A stretch of DNA of 64,000 nucleotides from Escherichia coli (GTDB lineage: Bacteria; Pseudomonadota; Gammaproteobacteria; Enterobacterales; Enterobacteriaceae). The translations under genes were made by a program, and so were the position numbers. Under the pieces are notes generated by a model. It ran no database searches, had not been told where the DNA came from, and saw only the letters and a program-made list of their open reading frames with translations. How positions within the stretch are numbered: position 1 is the first letter of the stretch; each line of letters opens with the position of its first letter. Positions 42,402 to 51,643 of this stretch are shown one piece after another. The stretch lies in assembly GCF_041248615.1 (NCBI RefSeq), contig NZ_CP158426.1; one strand, 5' to 3'.

Positions 42402-43832
42402 ATGAATAACAAACTAGCCAGGCAAGGATTATTATGGAGCACAATTGAAAGGCTAGGAACGCAAGCCATACAATTATTATTAATGTTGTATTTGGGTAGG
42501 GTTCTTGGACCAAGCTCTTTTGGTTATGTTGGTATGCTAACTTTATTTCTATCATTAGCTCAGGTTCTAATTGATAGTGGATTTAGTGCAGCATTAATTA
42601 GAAAATCGGAGCGTACTGAAAAAGATTATTCGACAGTATTTATATTTAATATTTGTCTATCAATACTAATATATATTGTACTTTATTGTTTATCTTCTTA
42701 TATTGCTTTATTCTATCAAATACCTCTGCTGGAATCTTTACTTGATATTTTAGCATTAACAGTTATAGCAAATGGTCTAACTTTAATCCCCAAGATTCAA
42801 CTCACTGTAGACGTGAATTTTAAGATCCAAGCTAAAAGTTCACTTATCGCTATTACCAGTAGTAGTGTAATAGCGATAACGTTAGCTGCTTTGGGTTATG
42901 GAGTATGGACATTGGTTTTCCAATCGTTATCCTATAGTGTCATAAATTGTATTGTACTGAATATTTATAATCCATGGTATCCAAAAGAGAAATTTTGCTA
43001 TGAAACATTCAAAAAGCTATTTTCATTTAGCAGTAACTTACTAATTGCTGGAGTACTTGAAGCTTTTTATTCAAATATATATCAATTAATTATAGGGAAA
43101 TTTTTTACACCACAGCTTGTAGGGCAATTTACACAGGCTAATCAGATCTCTAGCGTACCTGCAATGACACTTACTAATATTATTCAGAGAGTAACTTATC
43201 CACTTTTTTGTAATATTTATAATGGCAAAGGGAAAATAGATGATGCTTATTTAAACACACTTAAAATTGCAGGCGTTGTAGTTTTTCCAATTCTATTAGG
43301 AATAGGTTTAATCTCGAAGCCATTAGTCTCTGTATTATTAGGAAGTGAGTGGAAATTTACATCTGATATTCTGTTTCTACTTTGTATTGCATTTATGATT
43401 TATCCTATACATGCAATAAATATTAATATCCTACAGGTTCATGGGCGAAGTGATCTTTTTTTGCGTTTGGAAATACTAAAAAAGACATTGATGACAATTA
43501 TTCTTGTCATTACGATGCAAATAAATATAAATGCAATGGTGATTGGTTTAGTTTTACACTCATATCTTTCGTGGTTTTTAAATGGATTATTTAGCCAGAA
43601 AGTATCAACGATCACAATAAGGAAGCAGTTAAAAGAGTTACTACCTATATGGTGTCTATGTTTAATTAGTGGGTTAGGTTCTAACTATATTATAAATGAA
43701 ATAAGTATGGAACCTTTATTAAATATAATATTTACTATTTTATTAAATGCCATTATATACATCACACTAATTCGAATTATGTACAAAGAAATATTTATGA
43801 CTATTATTTCTCTTATAAAAAATAAGGGCTGA
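42402..43832 (+). CDS. wzx: O-antigen flippase (Wzx, MOP family)
   Basis: About 476 aa, AT-rich, with more than 10 predicted TM helices. The track starts at TTG 42399; the ATG at 42402 is more likely. Confidence 0.85.
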   Translation: MNNKLARQGLLWSTIERLGTQAIQLLLMLYLGRVLGPSSFGYVGMLTLFLSLAQVLIDSGFSAALIRKSERTEKDYSTVFIFNICLSILIYIVLYCLSSYIALFYQIPLLESLLDILALTVIANGLTLIPKIQLTVDVNFKIQAKSSLIAITSSSVIAITLAALGYGVWTLVFQSLSYSVINCIVLNIYNPWYPKEKFCYETFKKLFSFSSNLLIAGVLEAFYSNIYQLIIGKFFTPQLVGQFTQANQISSVPAMTLTNIIQRVTYPLFCNIYNGKGKIDDAYLNTLKIAGVVVFPILLGIGLISKPLVSVLLGSEWKFTSDILFLLCIAFMIYPIHAININILQVHGRSDLFLRLEILKKTLMTIILVITMQININAMVIGLVLHSYLSWFLNGLFSQKVSTITIRKQLKELLPIWCLCLISGLGSNYIINEISMEPLLNIIFTILLNAIIYITLIRIMYKEIFMTIISLIKNKG

Positions 43833-43834
43833 AA

Positions 43835-44947
43835 ATGAACGATAAAACTATTCCAGTAACGCAACCTTCTTTGCCGGAACTTGCAGAATTCATGCCTTAC
43901 CTGGAAAAAATATGGAAAAATAAATGGTTGACAAATAATGGACCATTTCATCAAGAACTCGAGGAAAAATTATGTGAATTTTTGGGTGTGCAGCATATCT
44001 CGCTTTTTAACAATGCAACAATTGCATTGATCACAGCATTACAAGCCCTAAGAATAACAGGTGAGGTAATAACAACACCATATTCATTTGTTGCAACTTC
44101 ACATGCTATTTTATGGAATGGACTTACGCCTGTCTTTGTTGATATTGAAAATGATGGATATAATATTGATTACAGAAAAATAGAACAGGCTATTACACCA
44201 AAAACTTCAGCAATTTTACCTGTCCATTGCTACTCAACACCCTGTGAAGTCGAAGAAATTCAAAAAATAGCTGATAATTATGGATTGAAAGTAATCTACG
44301 ACGCAGCACATGCATTCGGTGTAAATTTTAAAGGGCAAAGTTTACTTAACTATGGTGATTTATCAATTCTTAGTTTCCATGCGACGAAAGTCTTCAATAC
44401 ATTTGAAGGTGGGGCAATAATTAGCCCTGATGCTAAAACCAAGTTACGTATAGATCGATTAAAAAACTTTGGTATCGCCGACGAGCTGACTGTGACAGCT
44501 CCAGGAATAAATGGCAAAATGAGTGAAATTAATGCTGCCTTTGGACTTGTTCAGTTAAAGCATATTGAGGGCTCAATATCTAAGCGAAAAATAATTGATA
44601 GTCTTTACCGGAATTTACTGAAAGGGACTCCGGGTATTACTATATTTCCAGGAAATATAAATGCAAATAGCAACTATTCATATTTTCCTATACTCATAGA
44701 TGATGGTTTTCATATGAGTCGTGATCAGGCATATGAATTACTTAAGAAAAATAATATCCTATCTCGAAAGTATTTTTATCCATTAATCAGTAATATGCCT
44801 ATGTATCGAGGATTGATTTCAGCTAGCGTTGATAATCTACCAATAGCCAATAGTGTTGCTGATAAAGTCCTATGCTTGCCAATATATACAGATTTAAATG
44901 AAGAGATTGTTGTGAAAATAACCAAATTATTATTGGGTAAGATGTGA
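43835..44947 (+). CDS. vioA: DegT/DnrJ/EryC1-family PLP aminotransferase, likely dTDP-4-amino-4,6-dideoxy-D-glucose (viosamine) synthase
   Basis: 370 aa with the PLP-lysine context LSFHATKVF. It follows rmlBDAC, precedes an acetyltransferase, and no 3,4-isomerase gene is present. The vioA symbol rests on the O7-like context. Confidence 0.7.
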   Translation: MNDKTIPVTQPSLPELAEFMPYLEKIWKNKWLTNNGPFHQELEEKLCEFLGVQHISLFNNATIALITALQALRITGEVITTPYSFVATSHAILWNGLTPVFVDIENDGYNIDYRKIEQAITPKTSAILPVHCYSTPCEVEEIQKIADNYGLKVIYDAAHAFGVNFKGQSLLNYGDLSILSFHATKVFNTFEGGAIISPDAKTKLRIDRLKNFGIADELTVTAPGINGKMSEINAAFGLVQLKHIEGSISKRKIIDSLYRNLLKGTPGITIFPGNINANSNYSYFPILIDDGFHMSRDQAYELLKKNNILSRKYFYPLISNMPMYRGLISASVDNLPIANSVADKVLCLPIYTDLNEEIVVKITKLLLGKM

Positions 44948-44948
44948 T

Positions 44949-45527
44949 ATGGCCTATTTAGATGAAATACAGTTAAAAGAAATGGGCTTCAAAAGCGTTG
45001 GAGAAAATGTAAAAATATCAGATAAGGCATCTTTTTATGGGTGTGATAATATTAGTATTGGGAATAATGTAAGGATTGATGATTTTTGCGTGTTTTCAGC
45101 TGGAGAGGGTGGTATTGATATACACGATTATATTCATATAGCGGTATATTCTTCAATTATTGGCAAAGGAAAAGTAACTATATCTGACTACGCAAACATT
45201 TCATCTCGAGTCTCAATATATTCCAGTAACGATGATTATTCTGGCAATTATATGTCTAATCCAGTAGTTCCAAGTGAATATACGAATATACATAGCGGTA
45301 CTGTATTTATAGGCAAACATGTTATCATAGGTTGCGGAAGTATTGTTCTTCCGGATGTTATTTTACATGAGGGTGCAGCAATTGGAGCTCTTTCTGTAGT
45401 CAAAGAGGATTGTGAAGCTTTTACGGTAAATGTAGGTATACCAGCTAAACCAATATCTGAAAGAAGCAAGAAATTATTGGAGCTTGAATCTGTATTTAAA
45501 CCAAGCGCTATTGGAGATAATCTGTGA
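44949..45527 (+). CDS. vioB: Hexapeptide-repeat N-acetyltransferase (likely dTDP-viosamine acetyltransferase)
   Basis: 192 aa with left-handed beta-helix repeats (ISIGNNVRIDDFCVF, VIIGCGSIVLPDV). Adjacent to the aminotransferase. Confidence 0.65.
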   Translation: MAYLDEIQLKEMGFKSVGENVKISDKASFYGCDNISIGNNVRIDDFCVFSAGEGGIDIHDYIHIAVYSSIIGKGKVTISDYANISSRVSIYSSNDDYSGNYMSNPVVPSEYTNIHSGTVFIGKHVIIGCGSIVLPDVILHEGAAIGALSVVKEDCEAFTVNVGIPAKPISERSKKLLELESVFKPSAIGDNL

Positions 45528-46270
45528 AGATTCATATTTATTTTCGGCATACGGATATTAGTCGGACAACTAAAAATAATCGGCCTGAGTGGTTTAGTCA
45601 TGAAAATTGTTTTATAAATCTTATAAATACAATAAAAGAATCTAAATATAAAGACCAAATAGCATTTACTTTTATTTTTGATGGATCATTAAACGTTGCT
45701 TCCTTAGATCCGTTATATCAACACTTTGAAAATATCGATATGAATAATAAAAAGATATTCATAATCAATGGAGGAGATCAGCGCAAAGCATGGCGTGAAT
45801 GCGTAAAACTAGTAGATGAAGATCGTCGAGTTGGAAAAATTGATAAAAATGATTTAATATATTTTTTAGAAAATGATTATTTGCATGAGTCTAAATGGAT
45901 TGATGAGATATTTAACTTGGTCAAATCAAATATAAGATGGGATATGGCAACGCTTTATGATCATCCAGATAAATATAGTGAATATTGTGAACATCTTGAT
46001 TCATTAAAAAATAAAAACAAAAAAACTATTGTATTTTATTCTGGGAGTAGGCATTGGAAAATAGCACCAAGTACATGTGCAACATATATTATGAAAGCCA
46101 GGGTTTTTGATAGGACAAAAATAATTCTAAAATTAGCTATTTACGATTACAAATTATTTTTGATACTTACTAAAATATTTAGAATTAGACTTCTTTCACC
46201 TATCCCCGCTCTTTCAACTCATTGTATGGCTTCTTTGTTATCACCTTCAATCAATTGGGATGATTTATAA
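45524..46270 (+). CDS. Hypothetical protein, candidate non-canonical GT-A-like glycosyltransferase
   Basis: 248-aa ORF whose GTG start overlaps the vioB stop. Weak GT-A hints only (KIHIYF beta-strand start, FIFDGS, YFLENDYLH as a DXD-like site). No family recognised. Confidence 0.6.
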   Translation: MKIHIYFRHTDISRTTKNNRPEWFSHENCFINLINTIKESKYKDQIAFTFIFDGSLNVASLDPLYQHFENIDMNNKKIFIINGGDQRKAWRECVKLVDEDRRVGKIDKNDLIYFLENDYLHESKWIDEIFNLVKSNIRWDMATLYDHPDKYSEYCEHLDSLKNKNKKTIVFYSGSRHWKIAPSTCATYIMKARVFDRTKIILKLAIYDYKLFLILTKIFRIRLLSPIPALSTHCMASLLSPSINWDDL

Positions 46271-47091
46271 TGGATTGTAAAAAAAAATTATGCATTGTGG
46301 CCTGTTCTTATACTTTAAAGCCAGAATTCATAATTAATAAATTATATAATTATTTACCAGATTATGAACTAGATGGTGTTGTGATTTCCAATAATCATGT
46401 AGTAGAACAGATTACAATGAAGGGATTTCATATCGAAAACGGGACAAATTCTCTTTTTGAGTTTTCTGCCTATAAGGAAGGAATAGATTTTTTAGAAGAT
46501 AGCTCATTATTACCATCAGGAGTACCAATTCTCATTTTGAATGATACATTGTTCTTGAAACATAATGCAAAATTCTTTTTAAGGAAAATTGTGAGTTATT
46601 ATTCAACAATTCAAAGAACTGAATTGCCTACAATGGCAGGTCGTTTAGATCCTTATAATAATATATGTTACAGTAACCCTTGGAATAATATGAATGGCTA
46701 TATATCTTCCTTTTGTATGCTAATAAATGAAAAATCTGCAAAAATAATTGTTAGTTGCTACAATGAGCTTCCAAAATATTTTTTTAGTAATGATATTGAT
46801 ATTATTGACCCCAAATGGGGAATGCAGATTGAATCAAGACTGAGAGAATTTATTCGTAGTCATTTAATTGATATAGACACAGATACGGTTTGGTATCAAG
46901 CTAAATTGTTACATAATGATAAACAACGAATTAATATTAAAGCTCAATGTGTCTTCATGGAACATTTCATATCAGGGAAGATTGGTGAAAGTGGAATTGT
47001 TGTTTCTATTTTTCCCACATGGAAAGGAAAGGTGTTAAATTTTTTAAACGAGCAATTGGCTAAAATCAAGAGGAAGATTATAATTAAATGA
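46270..47091 (+). CDS. Hypothetical protein, candidate glycosyltransferase of unknown family
   Basis: 273-aa ORF coupled at both ends (TAATG at 46270, ATGA at 47088). No recognisable motif except ILILNDT. The call rests on position in the O-unit block. Confidence 0.55.
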   Translation: MDCKKKLCIVACSYTLKPEFIINKLYNYLPDYELDGVVISNNHVVEQITMKGFHIENGTNSLFEFSAYKEGIDFLEDSSLLPSGVPILILNDTLFLKHNAKFFLRKIVSYYSTIQRTELPTMAGRLDPYNNICYSNPWNNMNGYISSFCMLINEKSAKIIVSCYNELPKYFFSNDIDIIDPKWGMQIESRLREFIRSHLIDIDTDTVWYQAKLLHNDKQRINIKAQCVFMEHFISGKIGESGIVVSIFPTWKGKVLNFLNEQLAKIKRKIIIK

Positions 47092-48263
47092 GGAAAAATT
47101 TTTACACGACACCAATCACATTACTAATTCTTACGCTTAATATTGCTGCAACAATTGTAGTTATAAACAACAGTGAATTATTGATTGGCGATTTAATGGG
47201 GTTTAAATCAGAAACTGTCGTAATAATTCAATCTCTAATTTATATATCTCTTAGCTTATTATTTCTATCGGTATTATATAATGGATTGGAAAAAATAAAA
47301 CCACTTACAACAAAATTAGCTGATTCTAATAGTAGACCGATCGCCATTTTTTTAATTTGTTTAGAATTATTATATATAACATACGTATTTAATACAGGCT
47401 TATTTGTTGCCGGTAATAATGAGCGCGGAGGCGGAGTAATTTCAGCGTTATTTGTATTACTGAATGTTGATGTACTTGTTTTAATATTTCTAACACATGT
47501 TAAAACAAGTAAGTACAAGCCCATTATTATCATGTTGTGGATTATTTCTTTTCTTCAGCGTGGTTGGATATCTTATTTTTTCATTTTGATTTTAATCTCA
47601 TTTATCGATCGTCGATTGAAAAACAAAAAAAATTGGAAAGCTGGGGTAGTATTAATATGTTTTATTCTGGCTCTGCCATTTGTAGAACAGATTAAGAATT
47701 CTATCAGAAGTGGCGAAGCTATCAGCACGCAATTAACTTTTTTTGATTATGCGGATTCTTTTAATCAACAATTTATGAAGGTTGTTGGCAGAGTTCAAAC
47801 AGTTTCACACGTTGCATTTATAACAGATAATATTAATCAACTTCAGAATTTAAAAAATAATGGAGAATCTACTGATTTTTTTGAAGAAAATTTTATTTAT
47901 ATAATTGCTAAAAAATTAGGGAGTGCTGATGATAAGATTAATACTCCAGATTTGCTTGCCAGATATATTTCTCCATCTCTGGATAGCTCATGGAATGTGA
48001 ATCCATCGTTAATTGGTTGGATTTTTATTCAAAATGATTTATACGTTTTACCCATCATATGGGTTGTTTTGCTGTGTTTTCTATTTACAATGCTATCTAA
48101 AATTATTGCGAATGACCTATATGCAATGAATATGAGATGGTTGTTTTGGTTAGTGTTTTTATTTCCGGGTTGGATATTCCAATTCACAGCAGTTATATTT
48201 TCGCTTTTAGTATTTATTTTATTAAAGTACACACTTAGGACTAAAAGAGTAAAACCTTTATGA
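47088..48263 (+). CDS. wzy: O-antigen polymerase (Wzy)
   Basis: 391 aa, very AT-rich, about 10 TM helices with a large loop, and no close recognisable homologue. This is typical of Wzy, and it is the only other polytopic protein besides Wzx. Confidence 0.75.
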   Translation: MRKNFYTTPITLLILTLNIAATIVVINNSELLIGDLMGFKSETVVIIQSLIYISLSLLFLSVLYNGLEKIKPLTTKLADSNSRPIAIFLICLELLYITYVFNTGLFVAGNNERGGGVISALFVLLNVDVLVLIFLTHVKTSKYKPIIIMLWIISFLQRGWISYFFILILISFIDRRLKNKKNWKAGVVLICFILALPFVEQIKNSIRSGEAISTQLTFFDYADSFNQQFMKVVGRVQTVSHVAFITDNINQLQNLKNNGESTDFFEENFIYIIAKKLGSADDKINTPDLLARYISPSLDSSWNVNPSLIGWIFIQNDLYVLPIIWVVLLCFLFTMLSKIIANDLYAMNMRWLFWLVFLFPGWIFQFTAVIFSLLVFILLKYTLRTKRVKPL

Positions 48264-49372
48264 CGAAAATAGTTTTCAATTTACTATCTTTTTCAGAATT
48301 AAAATATTATGGGGTTGGAGTATACTTTAGAGATTTAATTGCAAAAAATATTAATGAAATATTCGATGGGATTGATTGCGAAATAATAGTTGTTCACCAG
48401 GCTAATATCCCTGTTAAAGAATTGTTCAATTTTCCAGAAAACAATAATATTACCTATAATCCTGTAAAAGGCATTAATGGGAAATTTTTGCGTGTTATTT
48501 ACGAACAGATATTTATGCCGATTAAATTTCGTAACTATAACATAATTTATTCCCCAAATAATATTAATCCGATTCTTTTGGGGGCTAAATGTAAGTCAAT
48601 AATTACTATTCATGACTTGTTTCCATTTAGAAAGGCTAATAGATTTGGTCTTCTACAAAGATTGTATCTAAAGTTTTTCACATATATGTGTGCTCACAAA
48701 TCGGAAAAAATCGCTACAGTGTCCAATAATTCAAAAAATGATATTATCAATACCCTTAATGTCAAGAGCGATAAGGTTATTGTAACTTACAATATATTAG
48801 GTGATTTTAAAAAATCCTCTATACACCAATATGATTGTGAACCTTTTTTTTTCTCGGTGGGTGCTTTGCATGAAGATAAACAATACGATTTGATGATAAA
48901 GGCTTTTCTAAAGTTCAAAAAATTAGTCAATGATAATTGTAAATTATTAATTGCTGGGGGTGATCATGGAGCTAAGAAAATTTTACAGGACTTGATTGAT
49001 GAATTAAAATTAAATGACCATGTTCAATTATTAGGATATATCACTGATGAAGATAAGTGGGACTACTATGAAAATTGTTGTGCACTTATCTTACTAGGGA
49101 AATATGAAGGTTTTGGTATTCCTGTATTGGAAGCTATGAGTGTCAATAAGCCATCAATTGTAGCAAATACCGGGGCTCTACCTGAGATCATAGGTAAAGC
49201 AGGATTTGTCATAAATGCTGATATTGATTCAATTTGTGATGCTATGTTAAAAAGCTATTCATATAAAGTTGACCCAAAATTGTTTGAAGATGAATTATCA
49301 CGCTTTTCTACTAATAAACAAATAAATACTTTGCAGCACATGTTTAAGGAAATATGTAAAGATGTCAGATGA
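48260..49372 (+). CDS. GT4-family glycosyltransferase (retaining, mannosyl/hexosyl type)
   Basis: 370 aa with the EX7E motif YEGFGIPVLEAM. Start overlaps the wzy stop. Confidence 0.8.
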   Translation: MTKIVFNLLSFSELKYYGVGVYFRDLIAKNINEIFDGIDCEIIVVHQANIPVKELFNFPENNNITYNPVKGINGKFLRVIYEQIFMPIKFRNYNIIYSPNNINPILLGAKCKSIITIHDLFPFRKANRFGLLQRLYLKFFTYMCAHKSEKIATVSNNSKNDIINTLNVKSDKVIVTYNILGDFKKSSIHQYDCEPFFFSVGALHEDKQYDLMIKAFLKFKKLVNDNCKLLIAGGDHGAKKILQDLIDELKLNDHVQLLGYITDEDKWDYYENCCALILLGKYEGFGIPVLEAMSVNKPSIVANTGALPEIIGKAGFVINADIDSICDAMLKSYSYKVDPKLFEDELSRFSTNKQINTLQHMFKEICKDVR

Positions 49373-50189
49373 CACTCCAAAGTTTTCTGTTTTGATGGCT
49401 ATATACATCAAGGATTCTCCCCTATTTCTCTCTGAGGCTTTACAATCAATTTATAAAAATACGGTTGCCCCAGATGAAGTTATTATTATTCGTGATGGTA
49501 AGGTCACATCTGAACTCAATTCTGTTATTGATAGTTGGAGAAGATATTTAAATATAAAAGATTTCACACTTGAAAAAAATATGGGGTTGGGGGCAGCGTT
49601 AAATTTTGGGTTGAATCAATGTATGCATGATTTAGTAATACGTGCTGATTCTGATGATATAAATAGAACAAATCGATTCGAATGTATACTTGATTTTATG
49701 ACTAAGAATGGTGATGTTCATATTCTTAGCTCTTGGGTTGAAGAGTTCGAATTCAATCCAGGAGATAAGGGCATAATAAAAAAAGTACCAAGTCGGAATT
49801 CTATACTTAAATATTCAAAAAACAGATCTCCTTTTAATCACCCTGCAGTTGCATTTAAAAAGTGTGAAATAATGCGCGTCGGTGGTTATGGAAATGAGTA
49901 CTTATATGAAGATTATGCCCTTTGGTTGAAATCTTTAGCTAATGGATGTAATGGTGATAATATTCAACAAGTTTTAGTTGATATGAGATTTTCAAAGGAA
50001 ACAGCAAAAAGACGAGGTGGAATAAAATATGCCATTTCAGAAATTAAAGCTCAGTATCATTTTTATCGTGCAAATTATATATCATATCAAGACTTTATAA
50101 TAAATATTATCACAAGGATATTTGTTAGACTTCTTCCCACTAGTTTTCGTGGCTATATATATAAAAAAGTTATCAGGAGATTTTTATGA
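49362..50189 (+). CDS. GT2-family glycosyltransferase (WbbD-like, likely acts on GlcNAc-PP-Und)
   Basis: 275 aa with FSVLMAIY, IIIRDG and RADSDDI (DXD). Overlaps the previous gene by 11 nt. Confidence 0.8.
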   Translation: MSDDTPKFSVLMAIYIKDSPLFLSEALQSIYKNTVAPDEVIIIRDGKVTSELNSVIDSWRRYLNIKDFTLEKNMGLGAALNFGLNQCMHDLVIRADSDDINRTNRFECILDFMTKNGDVHILSSWVEEFEFNPGDKGIIKKVPSRNSILKYSKNRSPFNHPAVAFKKCEIMRVGGYGNEYLYEDYALWLKSLANGCNGDNIQQVLVDMRFSKETAKRRGGIKYAISEIKAQYHFYRANYISYQDFIINIITRIFVRLLPTSFRGYIYKKVIRRFL

Positions 50190-51610
50190 GCTCACCTCTT
50201 ATTCCGGTTATATTAAGTGGTGGTAATGGTACTAGGTTATGGCCACTATCTAGAGAGGAATATCCTAAGCAGTTTTTAAAACTAACCGACTCAATATCAA
50301 TGCTGCAATCAACAATATCTCGGTTAGACTCATTAAATACTTCCTCTCCAGTTGTAATATGCAATGAATTACACAGATTTATTGTTGCAGAACAACTCAG
50401 GCACTTAAATAAATTAGATAATAATATTATTTTAGAACCATCTGGTCGCAATACTGCACCTGCTATTTGTATTGCTGCTTTAATTTTAAAAATGAAGCAT
50501 CCAAATGAAAATCCACTTATGCTCGTTCTTCCAGCCGATCACTCCGTAAAAAAAGTCAAAACTTTTTGTAATACAATAAAAAGTGCTATTCCCTTCGCTG
50601 AAGCTGGTAATTTGGTTTCTTTTGGTATTAAACCTACTCATCCTGAGACGGGGTATGGATATATACAAAAAGGCAAAGTGTTATCTGATTCTGATATATA
50701 TGAGGTCAGTGAAGTTAGAACTTTTGTTGAAAAGCCTAATCTTAAAACAGCAGAAAGCTTTATAGAAAAAGATGAGTATTATTGGAATAGTGGTATGTAT
50801 TTGTTTAGTGTTGAACGTTACTTACAAGAGTTATCATTATACCGACCAGACATAGTTAAAGTATGCCAGGAAACTGTTAAAAATATTCATTATGATATGG
50901 ATTTTATTAGATTGGACGATAAAATATTTCGGAACTGTCCACAGGAGTCTATTGATTATGCTGTAATGGAGAAAACAAAGGATGCTGTAGTTGCTACAAT
51001 GGATATCGGTTGGAATGATGTAGGAGCATGGTCTTCGCTTTGGGAATTAGGGAAAAAAGACTCCTCTGGTAATGTTATCACGGGAGACATCGTTTGCCAC
51101 GAGACAGAAAATAGTTATATTTATACTGAGTCTGGATTGGTAGCAACTATTGGTATTCAAGATCTTGTTATTATTCATACTAAAGATTCATTACTGGTTT
51201 CCAGACGTGATTCAGTACAAAATGTAAAAAATATTGTTCAGCATCTTGATTTGTCAGGACGTAAAGAACATAAAGAACATAGGGAAGTATTCAAGTCATG
51301 GGGACGATGTGACTCCATAGATAGTAGTGAAAAGTACCACTATCAGGTCAAACGAATAACAGTTAATCCAAGTGAAAAATTATCGTTGCAATTGCATCAT
51401 CACCGTGCGGAACATTGGGTTGTTGTAATGGGGATTGCTAAAGTTACAGTTGCAGAAGAAATAAAAATTTTAAAAGAGAATGAGTCTGTATATATTCCTG
51501 CAGGTATTAAGCATAGTTTGGAAAATATTGGGACAATACCACTTGTGTTAATAGAAGTTTGGACCGGTTCTTATCTTGCTGATGATGATATCCTTCGATT
51601 TGAAGATTGA
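50186..51610 (+). CDS. manC: Mannose-1-phosphate guanylyltransferase (O-antigen copy)
   Basis: 474 aa with GGNGTRLWPLSR and the cupin [13 protein letters not shown]-rich, and clearly divergent from cpsB (roughly 55-65% aa identity by eye). Confidence 0.93.
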   Translation: MSSPLIPVILSGGNGTRLWPLSREEYPKQFLKLTDSISMLQSTISRLDSLNTSSPVVICNELHRFIVAEQLRHLNKLDNNIILEPSGRNTAPAICIAALILKMKHPNENPLMLVLPADHSVKKVKTFCNTIKSAIPFAEAGNLVSFGIKPTHPETGYGYIQKGKVLSDSDIYEVSEVRTFVEKPNLKTAESFIEKDEYYWNSGMYLFSVERYLQELSLYRPDIVKVCQETVKNIHYDMDFIRLDDKIFRNCPQESIDYAVMEKTKDAVVATMDIGWNDVGAWSSLWELGKKDSSGNVITGDIVCHETENSYIYTESGLVATIGIQDLVIIHTKDSLLVSRRDSVQNVKNIVQHLDLSGRKEHKEHREVFKSWGRCDSIDSSEKYHYQVKRITVNPSEKLSLQLHHHRAEHWVVVMGIAKVTVAEEIKILKENESVYIPAGIKHSLENIGTIPLVLIEVWTGSYLADDDILRFED

Positions 51611-51643
51611 TATGGTAGAGCTTAGAAATAGAGAGTCTTAATA

